A stretch of DNA of 64,000 bases from Octopus sinensis (lineage: Eukaryota), in the NCBI RefSeq assembly GCF_006345805.1, contig NC_042999.1, forward strand, positions 50,592,001 to 50,656,000, in the 5' to 3' direction. The notes beneath the pieces were generated by a model, which searched no databases, had not been told where the DNA came from, and saw nothing but the letters and a program-made list of their open reading frames with translations. Below, one piece after another: positions 49,185 to 63,258 of this stretch (positions are counted from its first letter, which is position 1; the number at the start of each line of letters is the position of its first letter). The position numbers and the translations under genes are program-made.

Positions 49185-49934
49185 TCTTAAATGACACTAT
49201 CCATGGAACCCTTTACATTGTCACTCAACAGGCTAGAAAGAGCAGCCAAATTTTGCATGGATCATATGCTACCATATTGAGAAAAGGAAGGACACTTTGG
49301 ACAATATAGTCATGACTGGAAAGCCTCTCCTCATCGGACTACAGCAGAAACATTGAGTAAGCTATCTACTTTCACTTTTAAATTATCTTTCATAACTTTT
49401 TCTTTTTTCTCTAACAAAGTGTCTTCATGAATTGCTACGGTAATTAAAAAATGAAAAAAAATAGAGCAAACAACATTCAGCATAATCACTCTGTTAACTA
49501 GAAATGGCAGCCACATCATCCTAAACTTATTCTTTAGTGTCACAACAAAAAATGATGCAGAAAGAATCTGGAGTGTCATGGCTGGAATGTCTCCGGTCAT
49601 ATCGCTGTTTAGTTGGGGATACCTGGGAAACTGATATTGGGTACAAATAATATTGGGTACAAAAAATAAATAAAAGTACATAGTATCAATTAATTTAATC
49701 TATTAAATAATTTAATACATGTTGAAAGGAAGTTATCTAAAACAATATGTATTTCTATGTGTATATGGTGTGTATGTATATGAGAGAGGGAGAGGAGGAG
49801 ATGTGTGTATGTATGTGTATGTGGGTGTGAGCAAGTGAACGCATCATGAAAATGGGAGCACATTCGTGAATGATAGATTAGTTAGACTGTATGTGTATAT
49901 TTGTGTCAGTATGTGTTGCATGATATATCGCAAT

Positions 49935-49964
<30 letters not shown>

Positions 49965-49965
<1 letters not shown>

Positions 49966-50032
49966 ATGCAAAAATGCATGACTCCATAACCATACACACA
50001 CACACACACATGCACACACAGTCACATCATTC

Positions 50033-50063
<31 letters not shown>

Positions 50064-50172
50064 TCGTGTATGTGTGTGTACAATTTGCATGCATGATCTC
50101 ACCAAAACATTTGCTTTCTTTATTATATATGTGTGGTGTGTGTGTGTGTGTGCATATATGTATGTGTGTATT

Positions 50173-50230
<58 letters not shown>

Positions 50231-50257
50231 ACACATATACACACATAATACTCATAC

Positions 50258-50296
<39 letters not shown>

Positions 50297-50570
50297 ATAT
50301 ACACATTATATGTATATATATATATATGTGTGTGTATGTGTGTGTGTGTGAGATATATATATATATACACACACACAAATACACACATACATATATGCAC
50401 ACACACAAATATATAATAAAGAATGCAACTGTTTTGGTGAGATCATGCATGCAAATTGTACACACACATACACGAACACGCACACACACACATACACATA
50501 CACACACAGAATGATGTGACTGTGTGTGCATGTGTGTGTGTATGGTTATGGTGTCATGCATTTTTGCATA
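49965..50570. repeat. Inverted duplication (~175-bp arms) around TA/CA microsatellites
   Basis: TGCAAAAATGCATGAC..CACAGTCACATCATTCTG..GATCTCACCAAAACA mirrored at ~50400-50570. Confidence 0.85.
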
Positions 50571-51481
50571 AAAGGTTGTGTGCACACACATATGTGTGTC
50601 TTCATGCGTAATATGTCTGCATTTGTATGTATTTACATGTTTATGTTTCCATATATATATGTATGCACGCTAGCTCGTTTGTGTATGTAGGCGGGTCTGA
50701 GCGTATGTAAATGTATATTTATATACGTTTGAGTTTATGTGGATGTGTGTGTGTGTATGAGTGTGCATATGTGCACGTGGATATGTGTTTTCATGTTTTC
50801 ATAGACAAACATGACTGTTACTGTGAATATGGGCCTGATCGTATAACTGAAAGTGGGGGTGTCAGTGTATTTCATGTGTCAGTATTTGTGTATGTGTATG
50901 TGTGACAGTATGTATCCATGTGTTTGTGTATGTGTCAGTAAACTGGTCTTCAAATGACGAGAAAGAAATGAAGGCAGTGGACATAGTTAAATCTTTATAT
51001 CCATAAGCTGGATGAAATACGGAGGATACAAAATGTTTTCAAGCATTACAAAGCCACTATAAATGTTATCAGGTGTCCTTTAATGCTCCTGAGAAAGGAA
51101 ACTAAAAATTGGATTTGTCTACAGGTAAGTGTTCATACTCTTGTAATTTTTCCCTTTTTCATATTGGGTGGGGAAGCTTCTCAAGAAAAAAAGGAGAAAA
51201 AATTGAATAGAGAAAGCATATCAGGAACTCGTTATAAAAAAAACTTAGAACTTCAATTTTGTATTTCTTTTACTGGAACAAAAAATAATGATGAAAATAA
51301 TCAGGATTATACTTTCTTTATTTTTTTTCTCTTTTTCCAATTATTGGAAGAGTGATTAATATTTCTTTGGAAAAGCATCAGAATCACATAAAGAAAGAAA
51401 AATAAAAACTGTTCTGTTATGTATTACATCCATTGAGAATGAAACTCTAACAATTATGAAAAAAATACCAATTGGATGTGC

Positions 51482-51540
<59 letters not shown>

Positions 51541-51899
51541 TACACACATATAAACACACACATACACATATACAGATGTAAATATAAATGAAAAATTATA
51601 TAGGAATTATATGTGCATTTACGTATATGTATGCATTTATGTATGTATACAATTTTATATGCATCTCTGCATGTATATGCAATGTATGTGTAAACATGAA
51701 ATATATACACAAGCTTTAGATATATATATATATGTATATATATATATACATTTATGAGTATATACACATATATATATTTAAATATATACATATACGTACA
51801 CATATATATACATTTATGAGTATATACACATATATATATTTAAATATATACATATATGTACACATATAAATCTATGTAAGTACATAGATATGTAAATAT

Positions 51900-51958
<59 letters not shown>

Positions 51959-52111
51959 TTAATATTTGCACATATTTATATATTATATATACATACACAC
52001 ATAAACATGTATACATACAGATAACATACGTATGTATATATAGATAGAGAGACAGTTGACAACATCAATTTCTGGATCAAACAGCTGACACCTAAGATAC
52101 AAAACTCCTAC

Positions 52112-52197
52112 CTGTGGTTCTGTAACTCCTGTGGGTGTGAACGATGTCGATTCGGAGACAAACATTGACACCTTTTACTAGAATGTTGGTTTCCCAT
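52112..52197 (-). CDS. Candidate first coding exon of an unidentified host gene (MGNQHSSKRCQCLSPNRHRSHPQELQNH, phase 2)
   Basis: Unique sequence; GAAATC-ATG-G context; MGxxxS motif; ends CAG|GTAGGA; not recognised as any known protein. Confidence 0.3.
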
Positions 52198-53236
52198 GAT
52201 TTCTCAGCATTTATAGATCCAGAAACAGATTCGATTCAGTGGATTGAACATAGACAGCGGAACATATTCAACATTTATCCATAAAGCTTGCCTTTTTCAT
52301 TTATGTATCTAAACCAGTTACTATAATAAAACTGGTGTTTATTCTTAGGGATGTGTGGTGTGTCTGCATACGCACACCAGAGCACATGTACTGCGAACAC
52401 ATGGGCATGTGAGTGCAAACATGCATGTGATATCATTTGGAATGAACACGCACAAGAGATAGGGTGGGAGGAGATGGTAAAATAAATGAACACTGATGTT
52501 TAAAGAAAGAAGGAAAGGAAAAAGAAAAAGAAAGGAAAAAAAGAACAAGAAAGAATAAAAATATATATTGGATGATAGAAGTAGATAACAAAAAAATAAA
52601 GCAAATTGGGGGAAAAAAAAAAAGAAGGAATCTAAATAATAATTAAAAAAATTAAATAAACAGAAGCTAATTATGTATTTTGATTTAAAAGTAAGAAAAT
52701 GCAAGAGAAGAGACACAAAAAAATATGAATATAAAAAATTTGGGAATATGGAGAATTGTTTCCATTTTGTCATAAAAACTTCCGAAAGAGTAATTTTGTT
52801 TTTTAAAGGAACTTGTGCGATGGAGAACCGAATTATTTAAGTGATAAAAACTCATAAGATGTCTAGCAATGAAGCTGTTGCTATTCTAGTTGCTTTAAAC
52901 TGTGTATGTGTGTGTGTGTGCATATGTGTGTGTGCATGTGTGTGTGTGTGTGTGTATATATATACATACATATATATATATATATATATTTGAATATGTT
53001 TATATATATATATGTATGTATGTATGTATATTTGTATGTATCTATGTATGTATATCTGTAGTTTTGAAATTATGCAAGAGTTTGCGTATGTGTGTGCACA
53101 TCTGAGTCTGTGTGTGTGTGCGTATGCATGTGGTGGAAGCTGATGCTATGTTTGTTTTTGTTGTCAAATATATACATAAATGTGCATGTGTGTGTGTATG
53201 TGTGTGCATATAAATATACACACACATATATATATA

Positions 53237-53273
<37 letters not shown>

Positions 53274-53409
53274 CATACACACACACATACAATTCTGTCT
53301 CAGTGCAATCGAGTTGTCCCCCCAACGCCAACTTCTACTGACTGCAAGTCAGAGCAAACACATGCACAGAAAACAGTTTGAATCACACATGTTCCTGCTC
53401 GCCTCCTCC

Positions 53410-53922
53410 CACTCCTCTTCTTCATATTCTTCTTCCTCTCCTTCTCTCCTTCATCTCCTCAACTTCTTCCTCTTTCTCATTCTCAGCGACATCAGCACCG
53501 TCTTTCCCAACTTCTTCTTATTTCTCCTCTCCCTCCTCACCACTATCAGCGTTTTTCTCCTCTTCCTCCTTACCACTATCAGCGCTGTCACCTCCTCCAG
53601 CGCCAGTTCCAGTTCCAGCGGCAGCAACAGCAGCAGCTGCAGAAGCACCGGTGAAATCAGCAGCAGCAACAGTAAAGGCAGCGGCAGCAGCAGCAACAGT
53701 GCATCATTCGTTCATTTAGTTTTACCATCAGATGCGTTGCAAACTCGACGTTACATTCTGGCCAACCGCGGACAATATCACTGGCGTTCGCCCCAGCCCC
53801 TCAGTAAAGAATCGTCACTGATGTCAGTCACATTGTAGGAGAGCCAGTGTTGGTGGCAGCGGTAGTAGTGGCAGTAGCAGAAGAAGAAGAAGAAGAGGAA
53901 GAAGAAGAAGAAGGGGAAGAAA

Positions 53923-53953
<31 letters not shown>

Positions 53954-54240
53954 GGGGGAAGAAAAGGAAGAAGAAGAAGAAGAAGAAGAAGAGGGGAAGA
54001 AGAAGAAGAAGAAGAAGGAGAAGAAGAAGGAGAAGAAGAAGAGGAGAAGAAGAAGAAGAAGAAGAAGAAGAAGGAGAAGAAGAAGGAGAAGAAGAAGAGA
54101 GGAAGAGGAGGAGAAGAAGAAGAAGAAGAAGAAGAGGAGAGGAAGAAGGGGAAGAAAAGGAAGAAGAAGAGGAGGAAGAAGAAGAAGAAGAAGAGGAGGA
54201 GAAGAAGAGGGGGAGGAGGTAGAAGAAGAAGAAATGGCAC
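53410..54240. repeat. (TCT/TCC)n, (CAG)n and (GAA)n microsatellite block
   Basis: Directly visible. Confidence 0.95.
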
Positions 54241-54609
54241 AAACGAAGGTAGGAGAAATGAGTAGAGCAATATTTGAGGGAGAGGAGAGGAAAACAACAA
54301 ACACAACAATAACAACAACTACAACAACAATAATAGTTGCTTCTATCATAGGCACCAGGATGGGGAGAATTAGCTGATATTATCAATGTCGGTTCTTGAC
54401 TGATCCTAATCAATCCCAATCAATCCTGATTATATTGGCCCCTGTATTCAATTGATACATATTGATCCCAAAACGATGAAAGGCAAAGTTGACCTTGCCA
54501 AGATTTGAACTCAGAAAGGAAAAAAAAGCCAGAAGAAATATGACAAGGCATATTTTTTTTGGTTTGTTTTTTTTTTTTGATGTTCTAAAGATATTATTGC
54601 CAGTCCACA

Positions 54610-54613
54610 GACT

Positions 54614-54644
<31 letters not shown>

Positions 54645-55014
54645 GGTGGTGGTTGTGGTGGTGGTGGTGGTGGTGGTGATGATGATTATGATGATGATGA
54701 CAATGATGATGATAATGATGATGGTGGTGGTGGTGGTGCTGATGGGTGGTGGTGCTGATGATGATTGTGATGCTGATGACGACAACATCGAGGATGATGA
54801 CAATGATGATGATAATAAGGATGATGATGATGTGGGGGTGGGGGTGGTAGCAGTGGTGGTTGTGATGATGACGACGATGGTGATGATGATGAAGTGATGA
54901 CAACGATAATGATGATAAGGATGATGATGATGATGATTATAGTTCTTTTGCTATATTTTTTGCAAGGGTCCATTTACACATATAATAATGATAACAATGA
55001 TAACAATAATAATA

Positions 55015-55049
<35 letters not shown>

Positions 55050-55133
55050 TAATAATAATAATAATATAATATAATAATGATGATGATAATATGATGATAA
55101 TAATAATAATAAGAATAATAATGAATGATGATT

Positions 55134-55164
<31 letters not shown>

Positions 55165-55200
55165 TGATGATAATGATAATAATAATAATAATAATAAAAC
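54610..55200. repeat. (GAT/GGT)n and (AAT)n microsatellites
   Basis: Directly visible. Confidence 0.95.
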
Positions 55201-55589
55201 ATGTTGTAAAATATGTGGAGATGAGATGAATTAAACAAAGTTACAGCAGAATAAAAATGATGAATTGAAGTGGAAGCGTAGATGCTACACAATGTATTGA
55301 GACCAGTTAATTTTCTTTCTATATTATTTGTTTATTTAAATTACATAAAAATAATTAAATAAATGAATAAAAAAAAACAAAGATATAAACAAAGGAAACA
55401 CAACCATCTGGATGAGAGTGTGAGAGTGTGAAAATAAGAAAACTAAGCAGTCTACAATTCAAATTCTCTGATAGATGATGATGATGATAATGATGATGAG
55501 GATGATGATAATGATGATGAGGATGATGATAATGATGGTGATGCTGCTGATGATGTTGTTGTTGTTGTTGTTGTTGTTGTTAACATTAT

Positions 55590-56017
55590 CTTAAGGTGTT
55601 GTACTGGCAGAATGCATAGCTGCATTTCTTCTAGCTTTGCATTCTGAGTTCAAATTCAACCGAGGTCTACTTTGCCTTTTTTTTGGGGGGGGGGGGTCGA
55701 TAGAATAAGTACCTGTTGAATACCAGGGTCGATGTAATCAACTTATCCTTTTCCCCTGAAATTTCTGGCATTGTGCCGAAAATTTGAAATCATTATGATT
55801 ATCATTATGATTATCGAGGCGGCGATTTGGCGGGATTGTTAGCATGCCAGGCAGCTTGCTTAGTGGCATTTAGTCTGAGTTCAAATTCCACCATGGTCAA
55901 CTTTGCCTTTCATCCTTCTAGGGTCAATGAAAAATGTACCAGTTACACACTAGGGTCAATGTAATCAACTAGCCCCTTTCCCCGCAATTTCAGGCCTTGT
56001 GCCTATAGCAGAAAGAA
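55590..56017 (+). mobile_element. Two consecutive SINE family B copies
   Basis: GAGTTCAAATT B-box twice (~55647, ~55877), each followed by the GGTC.ACTTTGCCTTT body. Confidence 0.75.
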
Positions 56018-56070
56018 TTATTATTATTATTGTTATCATTATTGTTATTATATTATTATTATTATTATTA

Positions 56071-56101
<31 letters not shown>

Positions 56102-56288
56102 AGGTGCAGGGCTGTGTGGTAAGTAGCTTACTTACCAACCACATGGTTCCGGGTTCATTCCCACTGTGTGGAACCTTGGGTAAGTGTCTTCTCCTATAGC
56201 CTCGGGTCAACCAAAGCCTTGTGAGTGGATTTGGTAGACGGAAACTGAAAGAAGCCTGTCGTATATATGTATATATATATATATATAT

Positions 56289-56321
<33 letters not shown>

Positions 56322-56350
56322 GTGTGTATATGTTTGTCCCCCCAACATGC
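56102..56350 (+). mobile_element. SINE family A 5' part
   Basis: GGTGCAGGGCTGTGTGGTAAG head and body. Confidence 0.8.
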
Positions 56351-56435
56351 TATTATTCCGCAGTCTTATTTTTTTATCACATGCTTTCACTGCACTACCG
56401 AGTGCAGCTCTGTGTGCTTTGGGTATCTACTATAG

Positions 56436-56470
<35 letters not shown>

Positions 56471-56494
56471 TATTATTATTGTTGTTATTGAGTT

Positions 56495-56815
56495 GGTGAG
56501 CTGGCAGAATCGCTAGCATGCCAGGTGAAATGCTTAACAGTATTTCGTTCGTCTTTATGTAGTGAGTTCAAATTCCACAGAGGTTGACTTTGCCTTTCAT
56601 CCTTCCGGGGTCAATAAAATTAGTACCAGTTATGCACTGAGGTTGATGTAATCAACTTAATCCCATTCCCCACAATTTCAAGCCTTGTGCCTTTAGTAGA
56701 AAGGATTCAGCATTCTGAGTTCAAATCTCACTGAAGTCAACTTCACCTTTCTTCCCCCCAGGGCAACAAAATAAAATACCAGTCAAATTCTAGGGATCAA
56801 TTGTATCAACTAACC
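56495..56815 (+). mobile_element. SINE family B plus a partial second copy
   Basis: GGTGAGCTGGCAGAATCGCTAGC head; B-box at ~56565 and ~56717. Confidence 0.75.
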
Positions 56816-56819
56816 CTTT

Positions 56820-57051
56820 ATTTCTTTATTGCCCACAAGAGGCTAAACATAGAGAGGACCAACAAGGACAGACAAAGGGATTAAGTCGATTACATCGACC
56901 CCAGTGTGTAACTGGTAGTTATTTAATCGACACCGAAAGGATAAAAGGCAAAGTCAACCCCGGCAGAATTTGAACTCAGAACGTAGCAGCAGACGAAATA
57001 CCGTGGGGTATTTCACCCGGCGTGCTAACGTTTCTGCCAGCTCGCTGCCTT
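56820..57051 (-). mobile_element. SINE family B
   Basis: Full-length match. Confidence 0.85.
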
Positions 57052-57417
57052 AAAACTCGTATCAACTAACCCCTACCCTTCAAAATTTCAAAATTACTGG
57101 CCATTTCCCTAAATCAGAAATCATTGTTATTATTTTTAATGATGATGATAATGATGCTGCTGATGATGATGACTATCAGTGGTGTTGATAATGGTGATAT
57201 TATAATGACAATGATTGACAACAACAACAGCAACAATCCTTTCTATTATAGGCACAAGATCTGGAATTTGGAGGAGGAGGATAGTCGATTATATTGACCC
57301 CTGAATGGATGGAAGGCAAAGTTAACCTAGGTGGAATTTGAACTCAGTACATAGCGAGAGATGCTAATGATTCTTCCATCTCACTGCTTTAACAATAATA
57401 ATAATCCTTTCTACAGG

Positions 57418-57612
57418 AAGCACAAGGCCTCAAATTTGGGGGAAGGGATTAAATTGATTACATGGACCCCTGTGTGTGACTGGTATCAATTTTATCGACC
57501 CCGAAAGGACGAAAGGCAAAGTGGACCTCAGGGGAATTTGAACTCAGAACATAATGAAATACTGCTAAGAATCTCACCTGGCGTGCTAACGATTCCGCCA
57601 GCTCGCCACCTT
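57418..57612 (-). mobile_element. SINE family B
   Basis: CGACCCCGAAAGGACGAAAGGCAAAGTGGACC..TTTGAACTCAG..CCAGCTCGCCACC. Confidence 0.8.
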
Positions 57613-57759
57613 AACAATAATAATAATAACAATAGCAAAGTTGATAATAATAAAGATGCTAGCCACAATGACAACAACAACAGCAACAAGAAGAGGGAGG
57701 ATTATAATGACAACATGGAGGATTATGTTGACAATGACAACAGTAATGATTGACATCAA

Positions 57760-58425
57760 TAGTGATGATGATGATGATGATAACGAAAACAATGACTATG
57801 ACCAATGATGTTGATGATGATGATGGTGGTAGTGGTGGTGGTGGTGACAATGATGATGCTGGTGATGAGGGTGGTGGTGGTTACAATGATGATGATGGTG
57901 GTGGTGGTGATGGTGGTGGTGACAATGATGATGATGACGATGATGATGATAATGATGATAATGATGATGATGATGATGATGATGGTGATGATGGTGGTGG
58001 TGGTGACAATGATGATGGTGGTGATGATGGTGGTAGTGGTTAAAATGATGATGATGATGGTGGTGGTGACAATGATGATGTTGGTGATGAGGGTGGTGGT
58101 GGTTACAATGATGATGATGGTGGTGGTTGTGGTTACAATGATGATGATGGTGGTGGTGGTTACAATGATGATGATGGTGGTGGTGGTGGTAGTGATGATG
58201 ACGATGATGATGATAATGATGATGATGACGATGATGATGATAATGATGATGATGACGATGATGATGATAATGATGATGATGATAATGATGATGATGATGA
58301 TGATGATGATGATAATGATGATGGTGATGGTGATGATGGTGGTGGTAGTGACAATGATGATGATGGTGATGATGGTGGTGGTGGTGGTGACAATGATGAT
58401 GATGGTGATGGTGATGACAGTGATG
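57760..58425. repeat. (GAT/GGT)n compound microsatellite
   Basis: Directly visible. Confidence 0.95.
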
Positions 58426-59539
58426 AGAATCTTCCTCATCAACATTATTGACTTGTGTTCAATTCTTTGTAGGAAATAAAACAGCATGAAGAGAAGCAGA
58501 GGAGTTCGAAAATAAGGTACGGGGTGGGGTGGGTGAAAAGAAAACAAAGGAAAAAGGAGACAGGGAGAAGAAAAATTTCATTTCAGAAAGGTGAAAGATG
58601 AGAAGAGTGGTGGGGGGGAGGGGGGTAGTAAGAATGTGGTGTTCAAATGAGCATAGGTAAGAAGGAATGGGTGGGGGGGTTGGAGCAATGGGGTATAATG
58701 ATGAGATAACTAGGAAGGAAACAGATTAAAAAGGAAAGCTGGAGGTAAGATGAGAAAGATAAAATGAGAATGGATTTATCGCAAGGTAAAAGGGATTTTG
58801 GGAAAGGTGTGAAAGAAACAGGTATTTGGTAATGGGGGCAGGGAGGAGAAAAGATTTTGAGAGAGTGAGGGGAGAAGTGTAAAGAACGAGTGGCGATGGG
58901 GGGGGGTTGTAAAATGGGGAGAAGGGGAAGAATTTAAGGTGAGAGGGGAAAAGAAGGGGATTCAGAAAAGGGTAAATGTAGTAGATATTGTGAGAAGAGG
59001 GGGTATTTTGGAAGGAATGAAGAAAGAAACAAGGGGTTCCAGATAGAGTGAGAGAAGAAAGTAGCTTGAAGTCAAGGATGGAAGGATATTTGGAAAAGAG
59101 TGAGAGAGATGGGATTTGATATAGAATTAGCTGGAGATAATATATTAAATACAGGGAAGAAGCAAGAGAGGAAGAGTTGGTAGAAGTGCTGGGTCGTGGT
59201 GGGATTAAAAGAAAAGAGAATCAGGTGAGAAATGGTAGGGAAGAGAGAATCTTAGATGAAGTTTGCACCTTCTGGATTTCTGCATTTATTAACACTGATA
59301 TACAAACTTGCATGTAGAACATATTAGGGAAGTTTGAATACAGAAATAAGGGACACCTATGAGACTACTCTTTTATATGTTTCAGTCACTTCACTGTGGC
59401 CATGCTGGAGCACCACCTTAAACGGTTTTAGTCAAAGAAATTGACCTCAGGACTTATTCTGTCGGTCTCTTTTGCCAAACCACTATGTTACATTGGTTGT
59501 CAAGTCATATATATATATACACACACACACATATATATG

Positions 59540-59571
<32 letters not shown>

Positions 59572-59970
59572 CTCTTTACTCTTTTACTTGTTTCAGTCAG
59601 CTGACTGCGGCCATGCTGGAGCACTGCTTTTAGTTGAGCAACTCGACCCCAGGACTTATTCTTTTGTAAGCCCAGTACTTATTCTATCGGTCTCTTTTGC
59701 CGAACCGTTATGTGACGGGGACATAAACACACCAGCATCGGTTGTCAAGCAATGCTAGGAGGACAAACACAGACACACAAACATACATGCACACATATAC
59801 ATATATACGACGGGCTTCTTTCAGTTTCCGTCTTCCAAATCCACTCACAAGGCTTTGGTCGGCCCGAGGCTATAGTAGAAGACACTTGCCCAAGGTGCCA
59901 TGCAGTGGGACTGAACCCGGAACCATGTGGTTGGTAAGCATGCTACTTACGACACAGCAACTCCTGTGCC
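59572..59970 (-). mobile_element. SINE family A (a second partial copy lies at ~59370-59520)
   Basis: Full-length match. Confidence 0.88.
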
Positions 59971-60036
<66 letters not shown>

Positions 60037-60149
60037 CATATATATATATATACATATACATATATACATATATATACATATTTACATATATACACATATA
60101 TATATATATTTATATATATATTTTTATATAAATATATATATATATAAGT

Positions 60150-60470
60150 GAAGGCACATGGTTCAGTGGTAAGAGCGTCAAGCTTACGATCATGAGGTTG
60201 TGAGTTCAATTCCCGGACTGGGCTGTGTGTTGTGTTCTTTACTTCACGTTGCTCCAATTAACTCAGCTGTAGAAATGAGTTGCAACATCACTAGTGCCAA
60301 GCTGTATCAGCCTTTGCCTTTCCCTTGGATAACATCAGTGGTGTGGAGAGGGGAGGTTGGCATGCATGGGCGACTGCTGGCCTTCCACAAACAACCTTGC
60401 CTGGACTTGTACCTCGGAGGGTAACTTTTTAGGTGCAATCCCAATGGTCATTCATAACCGAAGAGGGTCT
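60150..60470 (+). mobile_element. SINE family D
   Basis: GGCACATGGTTCAGTGGTAAGAGCG A-box, GAGTTCAATTCCC B-box. Confidence 0.75.
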
Positions 60471-60869
60471 CCACATATTTATATATATTGGGTTGATGCA
60501 TAATTACTGCAGCTTTTTTTCAAACAAATTTTATTGAACAAATACAATAACAATATTTAACAAAAACATCTTTAAATGACGGTCTGACCATCTACCAAGT
60601 AAATGGCAAGCAGTAATTGAAGTAGATGGTGAATATACAGACACACACATATATTTACATACATATATATGTGTTACTGTGTATGTGTGTGAGCATATAT
60701 TTGTAAATATATGTATATGTATTCAAGTATATATATGTGTATATGTGTGTAGTTATACATGTGTGTTGTATCAGTGGAGTCATTGGTGTTCCAAGTGTTA
60801 TGTATATATAGTTACACACACACACATACTTGATCTCTGCTTCACAAACAATATGGATTTCTTCCATAA

Positions 60870-62280
60870 TGTAAAAGTGACATTGGTGCTAGTCTCAGAT
60901 CACAATATAATAGAGCTGATCTTGTTTGATCCAGAGGAATCCACACAAATGCAGCCTATGAGCAGCACCCAAAATCTATCCAATATGATTTTCCATAAAA
61001 CAGGACTGGAAATTGATTTGGAAAGAGATCGTCAAACAGGATTGGCCTCAATACATCTCCACATTTGACATCGATATGAAACTTTAAGAATTCACATCCG
61101 TAATGCAAGCATGCAAGCCATAGGCAATAAATTTTTTCTAGAGAGAAAGGCCACACTACATATAAGAAAAATATTCCCAAAGAGAGGAAAGTTCTTATAC
61201 GATGGTACACAAAGATTGCAAACTGCCTAAGCAGAATACGCAATGGCAGTATATCTCAAAACAACAATGCTGGAGATAGAGGAAAAGTTGAAATGCTCTC
61301 ATGAAAATGAGACAGTAGGCAAAGAAGCCTGAGTTATAAAAAATTTTAAAATAAACCCTAAAACCTTTTTTTAAGTTTGGCAAAGAAACTATATAAGAGT
61401 ATTGCAGGGAAGGGTCACTCCTCCCAAACGATGCCACCATCATGGGAAACACTAAATGATCAATTCAAAAGTATTTTCACAGCACCCTTAAGGCACATGC
61501 AATTCAGCAAACCTGTAGAGCTCTTTACCATTACAGATATACAAAGGGAGGCAGTAACAATTGATCACATTGATATAAAAGAAGATGTAATAATAGCTAT
61601 AGATGAGATAAACCTGAACTCAGTTACTAGCCCTGATGGTTTCCCAGCAATCCATCTAAAATCATGTGAACAAGCCCAAGCAAGCCTACAGTTGTCTCTC
61701 TTCCAGAGTTTCCTTGCAGGCAATTTGAAAGAATGAATAATATGCCCTACTCCTAAAAGATGTAGTAGAACAGATGCCGAAAACTATATGCCCTTCTCTC
61801 TAACCTCACATATCAGTAAAGTCATGGATCAGATAGTCCACAGGTAACTAATCATGTTTTCTATGAAAATGACTTGCTGATGGACACCTAGGACAGTTTC
61901 TGTCCTGTAAGAAGCTGCCTGACACAACTCCTACAACACAATGACTGGGTGTTGAAACAGCTGCTTAAATATGGATGAGATATATCTCGCCGATATGAAG
62001 GCCTTAATAAAGTTGATCATAGAATATGTCACAAACTGCATGACCTCAGTATAGTTGGAAAGTTAGGAGAGTGGCTAGCTAAAAGGTAGGATCAGGCAGC
62101 AGTGGCCAATGGAGCCACCTCCAAGAAAATGCAAATAATGAGTGGTATCCCACAGGGTATTGTCTTGGGGTCACAACTGTTTGAAGTGGCCCTCTCAAAT
62201 ATGCCCTCATCCACACAGAGATCTAAGATCATAAGCTGTGCTGATGACACAAATGTCTCACAGGTAATACAAAACTAATT
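60870..62280 (+). pseudogene. CR1-group LINE ORF2 relic (end of APE endonuclease through RT)
   Basis: SDHNII; NPK.FF; SPDGFPAIHLKSC; NYMPFSLTSHISKVM; RSCLTQLLQH; SGIPQGIVLGSQLF; CADDT; many stops and frameshifts. Confidence 0.88.
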
Positions 62281-62289
62281 TAATAAGTG

Positions 62290-62535
62290 CCAACACAGTG
62301 GCCGAGGCATACCAGTCTCCCCTCTCCATGCCACAGATGTTATTCAAGGGAAAGGTAAAGGCGGATATAACTTGGCACCAGTGGCATTGCAACTCATTTC
62401 TATAGCTGTGTGAACTGGAGCAACATGAAATAAAGTGTGTTCCTCAAGAACACAACACACAGCCTGGTCTGGGAATCAAACTCACAGCCTCTCGATTGTA
62501 AGCCCTATGCTCTAACCACAGAGCCATATACCTTA
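62290..62535 (-). mobile_element. SINE family D
   Basis: GAACTGGAGCAACATGAAATAAAGTG..GGAATCAAACTC..CTCTAACCAC. Confidence 0.7.
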
Positions 62536-62629
62536 CATACATACATACATACATATATTACCACTTTTTTTTTTGTAACATTATATATATGTACACACAT
62601 ATATATATATCATCGTTTAACATCCATGG

Positions 62630-62835
62630 TAGAATTGTTAGCATGCTAGACAAATGATTCACAGCATTTCTTCCAGTTTCACATTTTGAGCTCAAATTCC
62701 ACTGTGGTCAACTTTGGCTTTCATACTTCCAGAGTAGACAAAAATAAGTACCAGTCAAACACTAGGGACAATGAAATTGACTAATCATCTCCCAACCAAA
62801 ACTTCAGGCTTTGAGCCTATGGCAAAAAGGATTAT
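62630..62835 (+). mobile_element. SINE family B (degenerate)
   Basis: GAGCTCAAATTCC..GGTCAACTTTGGCTTTCAT..AAGTACCAG. Confidence 0.65.
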
Positions 62836-62884
62836 TAAAAGTCCACATTTTAAAATCATATCTTCAAAAAGTTACTCTCTCTCC

Positions 62885-63258
62885 TCTTTTACTCTTTTAC
62901 TTGTTTCAGTCATTTGACTGTGGCCATGCTGGAGCACCGCCTTTAGTCAAGCAAATCGACCCCAGGACTTATTCTTTGTAAGCCAAACCACTAAGTTACA
63001 AGGACGTAAATACACCAGCATCGGTTGTCAAGCGATGTTGGAGGGACAAACACAGACACATAAACATATACACACACACACACACACATATATACGACAG
63101 GCTTCTTTCAGTTTCTGTCTACCAAATCCACTCACAAGGCTTTGGTCAGCCCAAAGCTATAGTAGAAGACACTTGCCCATGTTTCTACACAGTGGGACCG
63201 AACCCGGAACCATGTGGTTGGTAAGCAAGCTACTTACCACATAGCCACTCATATGCCT
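62885..63258 (-). mobile_element. SINE family A
   Basis: Full-length match with an internal deletion. Confidence 0.85.

Noticed and set aside
53092-58547. Poly-E/S/D/H/M ORFs up to 263 aa
   Set aside because: Trinucleotide microsatellites remain open in several frames at once.
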